Shown piece by piece: positions 27,740-43,381 of a stretch of 64,000 nucleotides of DNA. The notes below the pieces were generated by a model, which saw only the letters and a list, made by a program, of their open reading frames with translations, was not told the origin of the DNA and searched no databases. Position numbers and translations under genes: made by a program. Each line of letters begins with the position of its first letter. The stretch's first letter is position 1. The stretch spans positions 343,728,001-343,792,000 of the forward strand of contig OZ024740.1 of assembly GCA_964016885.1 (NCBI GenBank), written 5' to 3'. The DNA comes from Eledone cirrhosa (taxonomy: Eukaryota).

Positions 27740-28172
27740 ATACTTGGGGAAGGTCATATTGTTGTAATAATATTGCCAGAATTAATAACAGAACACACTC
27801 ACTGTTTGGTTGGTTTTCGCTTCTGTATCATTTATATCAGTTAATTTATTCGGTCCTCAATGTTGCCATTGACTGACCAACGGTCAAAAATAAAGATATA
27901 ATATAGACACAAACACATATATATAGTCTAACAAAGTTCTTTCGTTGCACATCTGCAACATCGTCAGTGGTGCTATTATGTTTCCCCCTGTTGTATTGTA
28001 TGTCTACGTCATCTTTATTTAATCTGTTTATTTATTTTTTTTTTGTCTTCTTCTCTGCGCATGCGTTTGCGTGTGTGTATAGTGTTTGATGTGTGTTCGT
28101 GTTTGGGTGACTATGTTTTGGTTATTGCATTCTATCTTAGTTTACTAGTGTGTGTTTATATGTTTTTGTTGT
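26007..28172. repeat. Three copies of a ~250-430 bp element (26007-26260, inverted 26400-26840, 27741-28172), each with a hammerhead-like core
   Basis: Direct alignment by eye; CTGACGA-T-GTTGCA-GATG-TGCAAC-GAAA at 26613-26640. Confidence 0.85.
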
Positions 28173-28647
28173 TTCTTTCTTACTGCTGTTTCTTTCTTAC
28201 TGCTATCCCCTTTCCCTATACCTCTCACCTTCATTTCAGCCCCTCTGCCAGTCACTCTCTCTCAGCTGGCCTCTTCCTCACACTTTCATTTACTCACTCT
28301 CTGCTACTCCCCCTTTCTCACTTCCTCCCGTCTGACCTGTGTGAAATCCTTTTCTCGCTTACATCTCACATCGCTCGGACGCGTCTATGTCTTTCGTCCG
28401 TGATTTGATCTAACTTAAGTTCACAGATATCACGGACTTGTTTCTCCTCTTCCTCTCTTTCCATTGCATTACCATCTCTGTTTGTTTACATGTCTCGCTC
28501 GCTTCACCCTATTCTACGTGTCCCAATAACTTCTTTTTTAGTTATTGCTCGCACCAGCCAGAGGTATATGATCTTTAATGCGAAGAAATACGAACGACGG
28601 CTGGAAGATCACTGACGACGGACGCCTTATCTTCTGTTCGAATGTTA

Positions 28648-28774
<127 letters not shown>

Positions 28775-28942
28775 ATTTGCTAGCATTGATATGCATCTGT
28801 ATGTATATATATGTTACTAGATATGAATTCTTTATTATATATATATATATATATATATATGTAGATAAATCTACCAAGAGTTTACGGTAGTGTCCAATCC
28901 GTATGAAGAACTCAATGTAGTCCGGATATCATGGATATCATA

Positions 28943-29087
28943 TATTTCTGAAGACGGCATATATGTGTGTTTGGTATGTATATTTAATCTTGATAGTTTG
29001 TATAATTTTGTATAATTTTGTACATAGATCTGTTGAATATGCATGCCAATTCTAACACATATATATCCTAGAAACGATCGTTAAATA
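28943..29087 (+). ncRNA. Type I minimal hammerhead ribozyme with extended stem II
   Basis: TATTT-CTGAAGA-[~115 nt with paired base]-GAAA-CGATCG-TT-AAATA. Confidence 0.65.
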
Positions 29088-29180
29088 ATGAACTTTTTTT
29101 GTTTAATATAAGGAACTGTTTCATTGTTTTATTCATTATTTTTTTAATATTTTATATATATATATATATATTTTTGTATA

Positions 29181-29211
<31 letters not shown>

Positions 29212-29220
29212 GTAAGTAGG

Positions 29221-29276
<56 letters not shown>

Positions 29277-29287
29277 TATATGTAAGT

Positions 29288-29349
<62 letters not shown>

Positions 29350-29395
29350 ATGTATATATATATGTATATATATATGTATGTATATATATATATAT

Positions 29396-29530
29396 AATTG
29401 TTTCTACACTTGGCACAAGGCCAGCAATTATCCAGTACATTACTGGTACTTTATTTTATCGACCCCATAAGGATGAAAGGCAAAGTTGGGATTTGAACTC
29501 AGATCGTAAAGGGACAATACCATGGTGTTT
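29396..29530 (-). mobile_element. SINE, partial
   Basis: Similarity to SINE consensus. Confidence 0.8.
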
Positions 29531-30134
29531 GTAAAAAAATAGATTTGACATGTAAGAACAGGCTTCATGTTATTGATTAAGCGTTTGTATTAATTTGTTG
29601 TTTCTAATAATTAATTGCTTGTATAGACAACATTCATTAGAAGAATGTAACACTTAACATAGCAAAAATTCTCTACCTTCACTCGGCCTCCGAGTTCATC
29701 TTTCTTTGTTTCTTTATTTATTCATTATTTTTTTACTTTTCCATTTTGTTTTATTCTCTTTATTTAAGTATTTTTAATTTATACATATGACAATTGTATA
29801 TTTCTTTATTTATACATAGGAATACCTTTACAGAAAATGAGAATCATTGTACTACAACAATGTTTTTATTATAGATAAACATAACATGACTGATAAACAA
29901 AAAAAAAAGAGGCATATTAGATATGCTATGTCTACTAAATGAATATAAATGGTTTGCTAGATAATCTCACATGTGCTTCCACAACCTGAGTGATTCCGGC
30001 GAAAAATGAACAAAAACCCGTTGAGAAAGTAATGCCTTGTTCTATCATTATACCAAAAGCTTATTTTTATTTTTATAAGCAGACAGTATTATTGATTTAG
30101 CAGTATTATTGATAAGCAGACAGTATTATTGAAG

Positions 30135-30324
30135 GGCGGTGGATTGGCAGTATCGGTAGAGGATCGGACGCCATGCTTTCCAGCATAGTTACGTCCCTTT
30201 ACGATCTGAGTTCAAATCCCGCCGAGGTTGACTTTGCCTTTCATCCTTACGGGGTCGATAAAATAAAGTACCAGTAATGCACTGGGTGATTGCTGGCCTT
30301 GTGCCTAAAGTAGAAACAATTATT
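30135..30324 (+). mobile_element. Full-length tRNA-derived SINE (Pol III A and B boxes, Meta-like central domain, ATT tail)
   Basis: TGGCAGTATCGG (A box), GAGTTCAAATCC (B box), GCCTTTCATCCTTACGGGGTCGATAAA core; ATTATTGA on both flanks (possible TSD). Confidence 0.9.
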
Positions 30325-30601
30325 GATTTAGGTGTTGCAGAAACCCAAATTTCGGAGTATTACATCTTCCCCGAGGGTCCGGGTAACTATTTCAATCATA
30401 TCTCATTTTATTTGACCCGTTTAGTTTGTTCGCTTTTTTGGCTATGTTGGCTATGGCTTCTTAACCATCGTCTCAGTGTGTATGACCATTTTAACTTATG
30501 TTTATAGCTCTGCTATCCTCTTCATATGCATGGAGCGCTTGTCTGCACATTATTGAAGTCGCGTTTCGCTAATTTCTGCCCGCCGAAATGCGATTCTCGC
30601 T

Positions 30602-30756
<155 letters not shown>

Positions 30757-31568
30757 AATAAAGAATTAGAAATAGAAGCCAGGAATATCCGTCATCAGTG
30801 CTCTACTAGCCCCCATAGGTATTTCTTCGCATTACAGACCATATACCTCAAGCTAGGGCGATACAATAACTAAATTAAGTTATTGGGATAAAAAGAGTTG
30901 GGTGGAGAAAAGAGAAAAGTAAACAAACACGAATGGTGAAGCAACGTAACGAAAGGAAAACATGAGAAAATCTTTTTTCCTCTCTTTACGTACAGTCAGA
31001 CAAGTAAACCAATCAACGGTAAAAGTCTGTAAAAATAAAACGTTAAAAAAAAATCAGAGAATTCGGCTAGTTAGGATGTTGTTGGTATTTCAAATGATTT
31101 TAGGTAAAATTCGAACAGATTTGAAAGCTAACAGATTGCATCTTATAAAAACATCGTTGCATTTTTTTCTCATTTTACCTGCGGAAATTTTTTAAATATT
31201 AGTTCAAATTACTCAGCTCATCTTAGGAGAAATAAGATTTCTGCATTTTCGAAAAGCTATTTCAATTAGACGGGTAAAGCCGTCTTAAACCTCTGTTTTG
31301 ATAGGAAACGGGACTACAGTTTAAAATCACTTCATACATGATATCTGTGTTTCCGTATGCTATGCTGACTAACAGCTACATCTTTTAGTGGGGTATGGTT
31401 GGGACTTACAATCAGACCTCCTACCGACTGATGAAAGCTGACATAATAACTCTGCCAGCAAGAAACTCAGGTTATTAGTGTGATATAAACATGATAGATA
31501 TGGTATTGAGTAATCTTTCTTTCATTCGTCAAAACTAACGCAAACACATACGCGCACACACATATGTA

Positions 31569-31629
<61 letters not shown>

Positions 31630-31855
31630 TCTCTCTGTATATATATAAATCAGGATGGATTCAGTTTGACCATTACTCAACAGAGTGTACTCGAAACTTG
31701 GGGTAGTAGAGCATGGTTATATTATAGAGTTGGGACCGACGGCTGAGTTCTTGCCGTTTCAACAGCTGGTTCCAGACCCATATCTATCTATCTATCTCTC
31801 TATTATATATATGTGTGAGTGTGTGTGTGTGTAAACAGAGAGAGAGAGAGGGAGG

Positions 31856-31926
<71 letters not shown>

Positions 31927-32437
31927 AGAGAGAGCGATAGGGTAGAGAGAGGGGAAAGAGAGAGAGAGAGAAATAGGGTTTTGAAAAAGAGGACAATGCA
32001 TATGTGTGCATGTCTATACATATCCTTGCATATGTCGGTGTATCGGTGTGTTATTTTAATAACATGAAAGCAACAATATTTTCTAGGTAAAAAGGTAAAA
32101 TAATTTATTTGACAATCTATGTCAGTCTACAGTTTGATTTGTTAGTGCAAATTCTATTGAATTTGTCAACCTCCGTAGTCATTGAGATTCTTTTTCTAAG
32201 GACAATTTTAAATACATATTATAATAAGTTACACCCAGTTGATTGATGCCTTCTCCCACACGCGCTAGCGTACACACACACACAGACACATAATCGTACA
32301 TCACTCATACACATACATACAAGATATACATCTAACGCAGACACACATACATATAAGCAGTTAGATACTTATAGTCATACACATACACGCACATATTTAT
32401 GTATATCTGCGTATATATATATATATATATATATATA

Positions 32438-32753
32438 CAGTGTATCACCGACAATCACGGAAATTTCCTTAGAGCCTAACTAATATTGTTCGCGGAAACC
32501 ACCGCATATTCGCGGAATCGTAAAGGACTATCGCGATTTTTTATGGCTCTTTTCGTGGCAATATATTTTTTAACGCTAAGTTCCTAATAACAACATACCG
32601 TATTGGCCTGCCTATTGCATAAGACGCTCCTTCTTTTTTTTATTATATTTTGACGTTTATATGCATTTTTATGGACCACGTCTAATATTCGCGATTTTTC
32701 ATCTTCGCGGGTGCTCTAGGAACCTAACCCCCGTGGATACCGGGGGATTACTG
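32438..32753. mobile_element. Tigger/pogo-like MITE between (TA)n tracts
   Basis: Degenerate TIRs CAGTGTATCACCGACAATCACGG / CCGTGGATACCGGGGGATTACTG. Confidence 0.6.
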
Positions 32754-32754
32754 C

Positions 32755-32799
<45 letters not shown>

Positions 32800-34020
32800 G
32801 AAGTTTTATTTAAATTGTTGGGATACAACAAGCAAATATTTTTATAACTGATATAAAGCACTCAACAAATTATTGGAGTATAATTATACTATGTACTGTA
32901 TTTATATCTCTCTCTATATATATATATGTGTGTATATATATATGTATCTATATATATATATGTGTGTGTACGTATGTATATATATATATGTGTGATGCAT
33001 ATCTACCTGTATGTGTAAGTACGTCTATGTGTATCTATGTGGGGATTCTGTGTATATATATATGCATACAATTCGATTGCACTCGCTTATAAGGATTTTC
33101 TTAAGGTTCGTGATAAACAAACTTATATAATAACAGTCACTACATAACAGGTGGATTTATTAGATATAAAACTTATATTAAAAAGATTTGTATAATAACA
33201 TAAGGTGTGTATAACCTAAAATTTCCTTTACTATCTTAACATTTGTAACATTTAATATAAGTAAATAACTTAATTTCCTTCATGCTGTTTTGATATTACA
33301 TAGAAATGATTTTCTCTGCTTTTTCTAAGATTTTCTCCGAAAAATCTATAAGTTTATGAAAATTCCTATATCTTAAATTAAAAAAATCATTTATAGTTTG
33401 TATGTATATGTATATATATGTAGGTGTATGTATATATATTTATATGTATATATATCTGTGTGTACGTATGTATATATATGAATATATTCTTTTAATAATA
33501 TATAGATTTTTTAATAATATATAGATCTCAATTTTTAATGTATAGATCTCTATAATTTAAATGATAAACTAAACATTTAATCATATTTAAACAATGGTTA
33601 AATTCTCCTATTATGTATGTATTTTCCATTCACGCTTATTTACACTTCTCTACTCATCCATTAAATATTTATTCTTTCACTTCATCTCAAAAGTTAAGCT
33701 AATACAACAACCTATCACTTAGACCTTACGCTTTCTCTTTTCTTTTTTCTTCTCTTTCTCCTTTTCTTATTTTTCTTATTTTCCTCTTAGAGTTTGCTCT
33801 TTTTTCTCTTTTTTCTCTTTTTTCTATCTCTCTTTTTTTTCTCTCTCTCTTTTTTTCTCTCTCTCTCTTTATCCATAACCCAACGGCTTATTTAAATCTA
33901 CTCTGATTTAAAAATATCCGAAACTAATTTACATAATAGTATACAGAAATTTATAACCCCACTATCCGGAGCTTCCAACAGAAATGGTCGCATTCTTTAA
34001 GGGTATGTCAATATTTATTT

Positions 34021-34118
34021 ATAAAACTGCTCTATATTATATTTTATCTGATGAAAGCACACCATAATTTAACTTGGTGTCCTTGAAATATGTATAATGA
34101 AATAAATATGGTTTTATA
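34021..34118 (+). ncRNA. Type I minimal hammerhead ribozyme
   Basis: TATTTTAT-CTGATGA-AAG.ACACCA..TGGTGT.CTT-GAAA-TATGTA-TA-ATGAAATA; stem I extends CTATATT/AATATGG. Confidence 0.75.
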
Positions 34119-34371
34119 AATATAGTTTCCATTTGTTAATATATCGTATATATATATATACATTTATTAAAAGTAACAGATTAAAGTTTAAGCAAAGAAT
34201 CGCTGCTTTCACCCTTAACGGGATCTTCTGAAACTTCAGAAGATCCCTTTAAGGGTGAAAGCAGCGATTCTTTTACTTTTATAAATATTTGCTCTACGGT
34301 TCTTATATATTTGATATATATTTATCTTTATCGAGCCCTCTTTGGATTTTAGTCTTCAAATTTATTATTAT

Positions 34372-34444
<73 letters not shown>

Positions 34445-35402
34445 GATTGGTGCTCTGAAATAGCGATGTATACATGAATGTATATATAGTAGATTTGGCA
34501 ATATACCGTATGTTTAATTAAAAACATTTTGAAGAACATACGCTATCGGTTTTAAAATAGTGACTATGACACTTACGTCCTTTCGGCGAAAGAAGGGAGA
34601 GAAGCTAACAGTCTGTTTCATGCTGTTTGGCGATCATTAAGCCACGCACTCCCTGCATCCGCCGAAAATTATTGAAGCTGGATTCTTATAGAATTTCAGT
34701 AACAATCAGGAGCTGATTAAACAGAGCGATTAACGGTCCAGCAAAAATTAGCGAAAAGATACGTCTGACTCCAGCAAGTGTAAGTGAGAAAAGGACTGCT
34801 AGGCGGGGTAAAAAATGAGGTGGCTGGTAGAGAGAGGATGAGTGAAAGTGAGATGGAGAAAGGGAGAGGAAGAGAGAGGGGTAAGTGTAGATAGGGTCTT
34901 TTCGTTCGTTCACACGCCCTTCAACATTAGTCCTCTTATCGCTGTGGTCTTGGATTTTCTTACATTAAGTTGCTCCCACATTGCTCGGTTTATTGTTTTT
35001 TTCGCTGTTTTCTCTTTTCTTCCCTTTTCCCTTCTATTTTCCTTCCGTCCCTCCTCCGTTTTCTCAATAACTTACCCAGTTATTGAACGCTCTGGGTGGT
35101 AGATATCTTGTCTTTAAAGAGTAGAAATATCCGAGACCTCCAGTAGACAACTAATGACGAAAACTCCCCCCGTCCTTGCTTTCTTCTTATTCTCACTCCA
35201 TTTTAAGCTACCTTAACTAGCAACTACACAACCAATCCTATTCTCCATATATTTCCTCGTTTTGCTGTGAACAGTCTTCTCTCTCCTACCTACCTATATC
35301 GTTACTATCTACTCTTACCCCTATTTCTTCTTCTCCCTTTCTCCCTCTCACTTTCACTCATCTTCTCTCTACCAGCCACCTCAATTTTCCCTCCATTTTA
35401 AG

Positions 35403-35490
<88 letters not shown>

Positions 35491-36038
35491 GTTATAGTTG
35501 AGGCATTAACCGCTTCTAACAACAGTGGCTCACTACTTCATATCACACCGGGTCAAGGCACAGAAGGGAAACCTGTTGATAACATGAATCCTCAGTTCGG
35601 TCTTCAAACACCAAAAACTTACATACTTGCGCAAGTAGGATTGATGATTTTGACTTCACAGAAACCTATCGGAGAAACGACGATCTGCATCCGTGTTGGT
35701 CCAGGTTTATTTATTAACCTGTTGGTTTTTTTGGTTGCTTCGGTGTCATGGCTAGGCTTGCCTGCCGCAATTTTCAATTTGTCATGCCGTCTAATGAATG
35801 TTATTACTCTGAGCTTCTTCATGGAGTGCTTGGCTGCATAATTCCTGATTGTATCTCGTTGGCTTGGCTACATCCAAAGTTTCGATAGTACGAAACTTCC
35901 ATTTTTAGATAAATATACAACAGAAGATTTAGCTGTTTGCAATTATTCAAAAACATATTTCAAATCAATGTTGGTGCACTTAAGCACAATGAAATTACAT
36001 TTAATGCATGACTACATTGCTTGTCCCACCCATGTATG

Positions 36039-36073
<35 letters not shown>

Positions 36074-36075
36074 GG

Positions 36076-36117
36076 ACCGAGCTGAGGATCCGCTAAGGTG
36101 AAACAATTGTTCTCGGT
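36076..36117 (+). ncRNA. Type I minimal hammerhead ribozyme
   Basis: ACCGAG-CTGAGGA-TCC GCTAA GGT-GAAA-CAATTG-TT-CTCGGT: perfect 6-bp stem I, palindromic helix III. Confidence 0.8.
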
Positions 36118-36156
36118 ATAGTGAACTAACTGTTGTGTTACCACTTATATCTATCT

Positions 36157-36264
<108 letters not shown>

Positions 36265-36273
36265 GTATATATG

Positions 36274-36348
<75 letters not shown>

Positions 36349-36904
36349 CGAAGGAAATGTGGTAAGGAACCAGATGGACCATAACGCACCAAGGTACTCA
36401 ATATTTCGGGTAGTAGAGTGGGTATTAAGAACCATATGACCCCGACGGCAGAGCTCAAGCCGTTTCGACGGCTAATTCTGGACATCCAGAATTAGCCGTC
36501 GAAACGGCTTGAGCTTTGCCGTCGGGGTCATACTTGTTCCTATATATATATATATACATGGGTGGGACAAGCAATGTAGTCATGCATTAAATGTAATTTC
36601 ATTGTGCTTAAGTGCACCAACATTGATTTGAAATATATTTTTGAATAATTGCTTAATCTTCTCTTGAAGAAGCTTTCTTCTCAGTAAATGTTCCGAGTGG
36701 GGGCACATTGCATTGTGTTTTAGGCTTTGTACCATAGTCGTCGACCAAAGTCTGTTGTGTGAAATTTGATAGACAGAACCTGTATGAAGTATGAAGTACA
36801 TTTGTCTGCGGTTTATTTGTCCACTTTGAACTTTGTATATGTATGTGTGTATATATGTATGTATTATGTATGTGTGTGTGTGGGGGGGGGGGGTATGTAT
36901 GTAT

Positions 36905-37100
36905 ATACCGTTGGACAACATTGTTTGCGGTATAGAGTAATGGCCTAATAATTTCTGAGTTCAAATACCGCCGAGCTTGGCTTTGCCTCTTATCATTACA
37001 GGGTCGATAAAATAAACTACCCTTCACACACTGGGGTCGATTTAATCGACTTTCTCCAACCTCAAAATTTAGCCTTGTGCCTAAATTAGAAACCATTATT
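36905..37100 (+). mobile_element. SINE, long variant, degraded
   Basis: B box GAGTTCAAATAC, core, GCCTTGTGCCTAAATTAGAAAC tail. Confidence 0.75.
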
Positions 37101-37175
37101 TTATCAATTTTCACCAATATATAGAGTCGGAGAAACAAGATTTTTCATTGCAAATTTGACAACCTCAACTACGTA

Positions 37176-37291
<116 letters not shown>

Positions 37292-37420
37292 GTATGGGTG
37301 TTATTGCATGTGTGCATCTATATGTTTAAGTTATGTGTAAACGTGCATATGTTTCTGTATCTATACATGTGTATATGCAGATAATGCATACTGAAATTTT
37401 GAAAAGTTTTATATTCTTTT

Positions 37421-38090
37421 TTACAGTTTTATTAATGGGCTGTACTGGCAACTTCCTAGCTTACTGTGTTCCCGTTGTAGTTCTGTGAAACCCAGCCCCC
37501 CGAAACATATACTGAAGCAGTTAGTAACATACCCCAGAGTCCCAATGATTACAAGTACAAATCTAAAGGTATAATCAAGGTGGAGTTCAACATAAATATT
37601 TTTCTTTACCCTAATCTTTAGCATTATATTGATATATGTCGGGCAGTTGATTTTAATTACTGTGAATGCCTCTTTTTCTCTGTGATATATCACTATGTCT
37701 GGTATATTGGCAGTATCGGACGCCATGCTTTGCAGCATAGAGTTACGCCCCTTTCTGGTCTGAATTCAAATCCCGCCAAGGTAAACTTTGCCGTTCATCC
37801 TTACGGAGTCGGTAAAATAAAGTACCAGTAATACACTGGATTAATTGCTGGCCTTGTGCCAAAAGTAGAAACAATTATATTGGAAATTCCACACTATTCT
37901 ATTCTGTATGCATGTCCTTCACATCATTGTACATTTTTATATGATTATTCTCAGGACTATCCTTTATACATATTGCATTGTATATTGTTTTGGCGACTAA
38001 ATCATGTTTCATGGGTAGATAGTATCAGGGCGACATCATCATTGTTTCTTTCGCAGAGTGTGTAATTGTGGTCACATTTTATATCTTTTG
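37421..38090 (-). mobile_element. Old RLE-type (R4-like) LINE remnant interrupted by a SINE at 37706-37879(+)
   Basis: HDLVAKTIY ... PDIVIY...INCP...VIIGTLG; TATATTGG on both sides of the SINE. Confidence 0.65.
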
Positions 38091-38924
38091 AGAACATCGT
38101 AATCAGGTCAAGGTTTTTCTTCATACCATTTATATTCTTGGCATAGGTTTTCAGGTAATATATGTATGTATTTATGTATGCATGTTTTATACAGTCATAT
38201 ACACATATGTACTTACCCACACACACACACACACATATATGTGGGTGTGTGTGTATGTGTGTACGCGTGCGCGCGCGCGCGCGCGTGTGTATCTATGTAT
38301 GTGTACGCTACATTGTCTTAGTGTATATTCTTGCATATTTTAACCAATATTGTTAGTAACAGACATATATAACTATCTCTCATCTGACCTACTGGACATT
38401 GTACTCAGATATCTTTCAATGTATACTAACCTTTTTCAAAAGGAAAGGGCTTTATGTAATTAATCCAATATACCCCTAAAAAGCAATTAGAAGATATATA
38501 AATCCGTTTAACTTATGTTCGTTTTTTTATTTTACTGTTTAGTCAAGGGTGGTCTGTTGGGAGTGGGGAAAATTCGCCAAGCAGAGTCATGGTATAAATG
38601 TTTAAATATATGCCCCCTAGTAGGCTACAACGGGATTTAAAATCAGAATACGTAGAGCCAGAAAAACACCTTAAGTTAAATTGACCCTCAGCAACTCTAG
38701 CAGTCCAACATTTGATTTGGTATTTTATTTTAGTAGGATTAAAGATGATGTTTATCTTGCCAGAATTTGATCTCTGAGTGCGACCATTTTGTCGTATGCT
38801 CTAATGAGTTTGCTAGTTCGCTGACAAATATATTTCGAAACATCTTAATATATATATATATATATATTCTTATTATTCTTATTATATATGTATATATATA
38901 TATTTTATATATTCTTATTATTCT

Positions 38925-38991
<67 letters not shown>

Positions 38992-39369
38992 TAATAAGAA
39001 TAATAAGAATATATGAAAAATATATATATATATATATATATATATAAAGAAGAAATTAAAAGATGGTTAAAAAATTTCCATATATTTTATTATGCGCATT
39101 TCGAAAACAACACCATCCTGGGACAAAAATTGTGTTCTCATCAGATAAAATAAGGTAACATGATATGAGGCCTAAAAACACTTGTGAACAAGAAAGTGTA
39201 CAGTCAACATATGATGATGTTGTTTTCGAAATGCGCATAATAAAATATATGGAACTTTTTTAACAATCTTTTAATTTCTTCTTTATATATATTCCACTTC
39301 TACCAACTGTCGAGTGCTACATATCTGATATATGCATAGTTTTATTGTTCTATAATATTACTCACCTCC

Positions 39370-39457
<88 letters not shown>

Positions 39458-39629
39458 TGTATGTATGTATGTATGTATGTATGTACGTATGTATGTATAT
39501 ATCCAGGGAGTGTAACGTGGAGTTACTGTAGGTTCACTTCTGTGTCGAAGTGTAGAGCTAGACATAGTGTAGTATAATAAAATAAAACAAGGACGAGTGG
39601 TTACAACTTCATTATGTTTATTGGTTGGT

Positions 39630-39708
39630 GACGCGCGTTTCGCCACCGATCAACTCAAGGTTCGATCTGTATCGATCTAGCCCATCTCTGTAATCTACGG
39701 CTCGTCAG
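39630..39708 (-). ncRNA. Hammerhead core downstream of the Penelope ORF remnant (pLTR)
   Basis: CTGACGA-GCC...GGC-GAAA-CGCGCG-TC; stem I poorly paired. Confidence 0.6.
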
Positions 39709-40379
39709 AGTCCTTTTAGTGGTAATGAAAAAATGATATATTTATATAAGCAAGTATTGCGCCAAGAAAAATATAACGTCGGCGTGAAGGAGATTAGGAA
39801 TTTATTTGCATATGTTTCTGTTTACAATCGTCTTCATATGCTAACTACAATATATATTTTTTAATCATATACATTACTTAATTATTTATCACACTTCATC
39901 AGAATGCCTACAATAGTGGAATAGACTATTCATTACGTGGTAGAATTCAGCAATAGGATTTTAGTTTAAGAAAATGTATATAAGTTAAAACGACAATAAA
40001 AATAAAATGAAATACAGTCAGTTAGTGTGATAGAAGAGAGGTGGGGGAGGGGTGGTAAAGAGTTTTACATTATCAATCTGTGTGCTGTTATGTGAAACAA
40101 TTATTCTTTGGTATAGGTGAAGGTTTTGATGTTTACCATACAATGGTCGAGAGGGTAGAGAAGGTATAAAGAGAAGGACAGAAAAGGAGAGGGTAGAAAT
40201 TACGAGTAGGGTAGAGTGGACAGGGAGGAAAAGGAATTAAGAAATTGAGATTGTTTTGAATATTACCGAATTCTTTGTGTATGTGTGAAAAGTTCAAAAG
40301 CCAGAGGAAATGTACTTAATAGGATCGAAATGTACTTAATAGTGATCGAATCTTGTTCTAGTACAGTTTGTATTTAGCG

Positions 40380-41280
40380 AAGGTTTTTAGAACCTTGTGT
40401 TTGCAATTAAATACGCTATCATGCCGGGAATTTAAAAGATCCATTCCGTTCACTATTTCAATTAACTCCGCCAAACATTATTCACAGGAGCGTTTTTCAT
40501 TCCGGTATGGACGCGTGAATTTCAGCACGGGCCATTGTAGTGTGTATTCAATATAAGATCCCAACTTCAGATCGCAGATTTATTTCGCCTGGGCCGTAGC
40601 TATAGCTAAACTAGGGTTCTTAAACGTGTGGGTGTGCACATTCTATCTTTTCTTGAAAATATTTGAAGTGGCACCCACATATTTATATATTTCCACTTTA
40701 GATTTGACCACACATTTGTAAATGATGTTTTTGTACAAACATTTCCGTGATAACGAACAATTGCTGGGATTTCTGTAGTTGCAGTTTGTCCGTGTATAGT
40801 GGGTCGTTTCTTCTCGGGTGTTGGGGTGTTATTCCGGGTATTTTGTTGTTGCTCCGGATATGCGCGTGAAGTGGAAAAGACTTTGCTATTTGCAGGTGCT
40901 GGTCTGCTCAGTGTTAGAGGCTGTGGATGCTGCTGAGGGTTCAGAGTATGTCTGGGTTTCCGTTGGCTGTTGGTATTGCTATACCTGCGGAGGCGCTTGT
41001 AATTCAATTTCATGATTAAATTGCCCAGGTTACCTGCGGTGGAATAGGATTACCGGATCGTGCCTCTATTTAGTATTCTATGGAATTTGTTAGGTACTCT
41101 GCATAAGTATGTGTATTCTATTTGTGTGTTAAAGTTTCATTATATTTATCAAAGAATGTTATTTCGAGAAATTGCCTTCTATAAGTTATTTATGGTTGCC
41201 AATCCTTCCTACTAAGATCAGAGAGGACAGCTGATATGTTCACTGAGTGAAAATGACAATTATTTTTTCACTTCTATCAA
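40380..41280 (-). mobile_element. Penelope-like element remnant: C-terminal GIY-YIG endonuclease
   Basis: Manual translation: CLYKNIIYKCVV...YVGATSNIFKKR*NVHTHTF ... SCE*CLAE...LLNSRHD...CKH. Confidence 0.8.
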
Positions 41281-41406
41281 CATAATCGTTATCTACACCT
41301 AAGAAAGTGTCTTTTTACAAAATATACATTATTAAGTTAAGTGAAGGCAAAGGCAGGCGAGAGCCCACCCCCGTCTTTTTGTCGTCTTAAGTATATATAT
41401 ATATAT

Positions 41407-41503
<97 letters not shown>

Positions 41504-41879
41504 TGTGCGTGCGCGCGTGTGTGTTAAGTGTTTCTGTAGAAAAGGTAAAGTAAAGAATTGTACAGAGCTATTTAATTATATATATAATAATATGTATTAA
41601 TATATAGTAATTCGTTTTCAAATATGGATACTGCTAATGGTCGGCGAAGAAGTTATAACACCTTAAAAGTACAAGATCTATTACAATGAACTGTATATAA
41701 GGTTCCATATTGTTTTTAAACAAGCATGAATTTTTAATATGTAATACGCGTAGAGCAAAATATTACATTAAAAATAAATCCAAAACCTGCTAATTATATC
41801 ATATTTTAATTAACATATTTTTCGACCATCTTATTGACTACACTCAATTAATTATTGATTAATATATATAAATGTGTGT

Positions 41880-42003
<124 letters not shown>

Positions 42004-42153
42004 CTATGTGTGTTTACACTTTACAAATTATCCCCTGTGATTGTTTGATGTGTTTATTTTATATATATATAGGTAAATCGATTTTTAAATGAATGCTATA
42101 TATATATGTATCTATATATATATATATATATGTGTGTGTATATATATATATAT

Positions 42154-42224
<71 letters not shown>

Positions 42225-42266
42225 AATACGCTATCTGTAAGATAGCGTGATCGCTCTAGCATTTAC

Positions 42267-42302
<36 letters not shown>

Positions 42303-42367
42303 TTGTATATATGTATGTATGTATCTATGTATGTATGTGTAAATTTATATATGCTAGTTCGCTGTTG

Positions 42368-42480
<113 letters not shown>

Positions 42481-42576
42481 GATTATGTGTGTTTGTACCT
42501 GTTTTGTTGTGTACATATATGTATATATCCCTTTCTCGTTGATTCTTTCTCTCTCCCTATTTTTTGTTTCTCTCTC

Positions 42577-42639
<63 letters not shown>

Positions 42640-42912
42640 ACACAGACATATATGTATATATACGTGTGTGCATGCGTGTGGCGGCCGAGTAACACCTGGG
42701 CAGTTCATAGCGAGGTCTTGCCTATGTACCTTGAAGTTGTGATCAAAAGAAATGTATTTACATCAAGAAAGCCGATGTCAGACATGCTGTCAAGAATGGT
42801 TTGTCAAGTAAGAAAAATTGGAAAAGCAGGAAAACAAACAAAGCATTACATGACAGAGATAGATAGACAGACGGATACATAGATAGATATAAATGTAGTT
42901 AGAGAGATATAG

Positions 42913-42953
<41 letters not shown>

Positions 42954-42954
42954 T

Positions 42955-42990
<36 letters not shown>

Positions 42991-43004
42991 TTATGAATTT
43001 TGGT

Positions 43005-43060
<56 letters not shown>

Positions 43061-43176
43061 AAATATATATATATATATATATAATTATAAATATATATAT
43101 ACAGATAGATAGATAGATGGATAGATGGATATATAGATAGGTCTAGTTATATTGATATATTTGTAGGTAGAGAGAT

Positions 43177-43218
<42 letters not shown>

Positions 43219-43290
43219 CACACATGTATTTACATATATATCTAGCTGTGGAAACGGCCGGAGCTCAGCCGTCGGGGTCCTGACTATTTT

Positions 43291-43381
<91 letters not shown>

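Noticed and set aside
30135-30225. tRNA gene
   Set aside because: A/B boxes belong to a multi-copy SINE head; no cloverleaf fitted
34600-34800. GIY-YIG C-terminal remnant (RRKIIEAG)
   Set aside because: Only a short motif; insufficient to call
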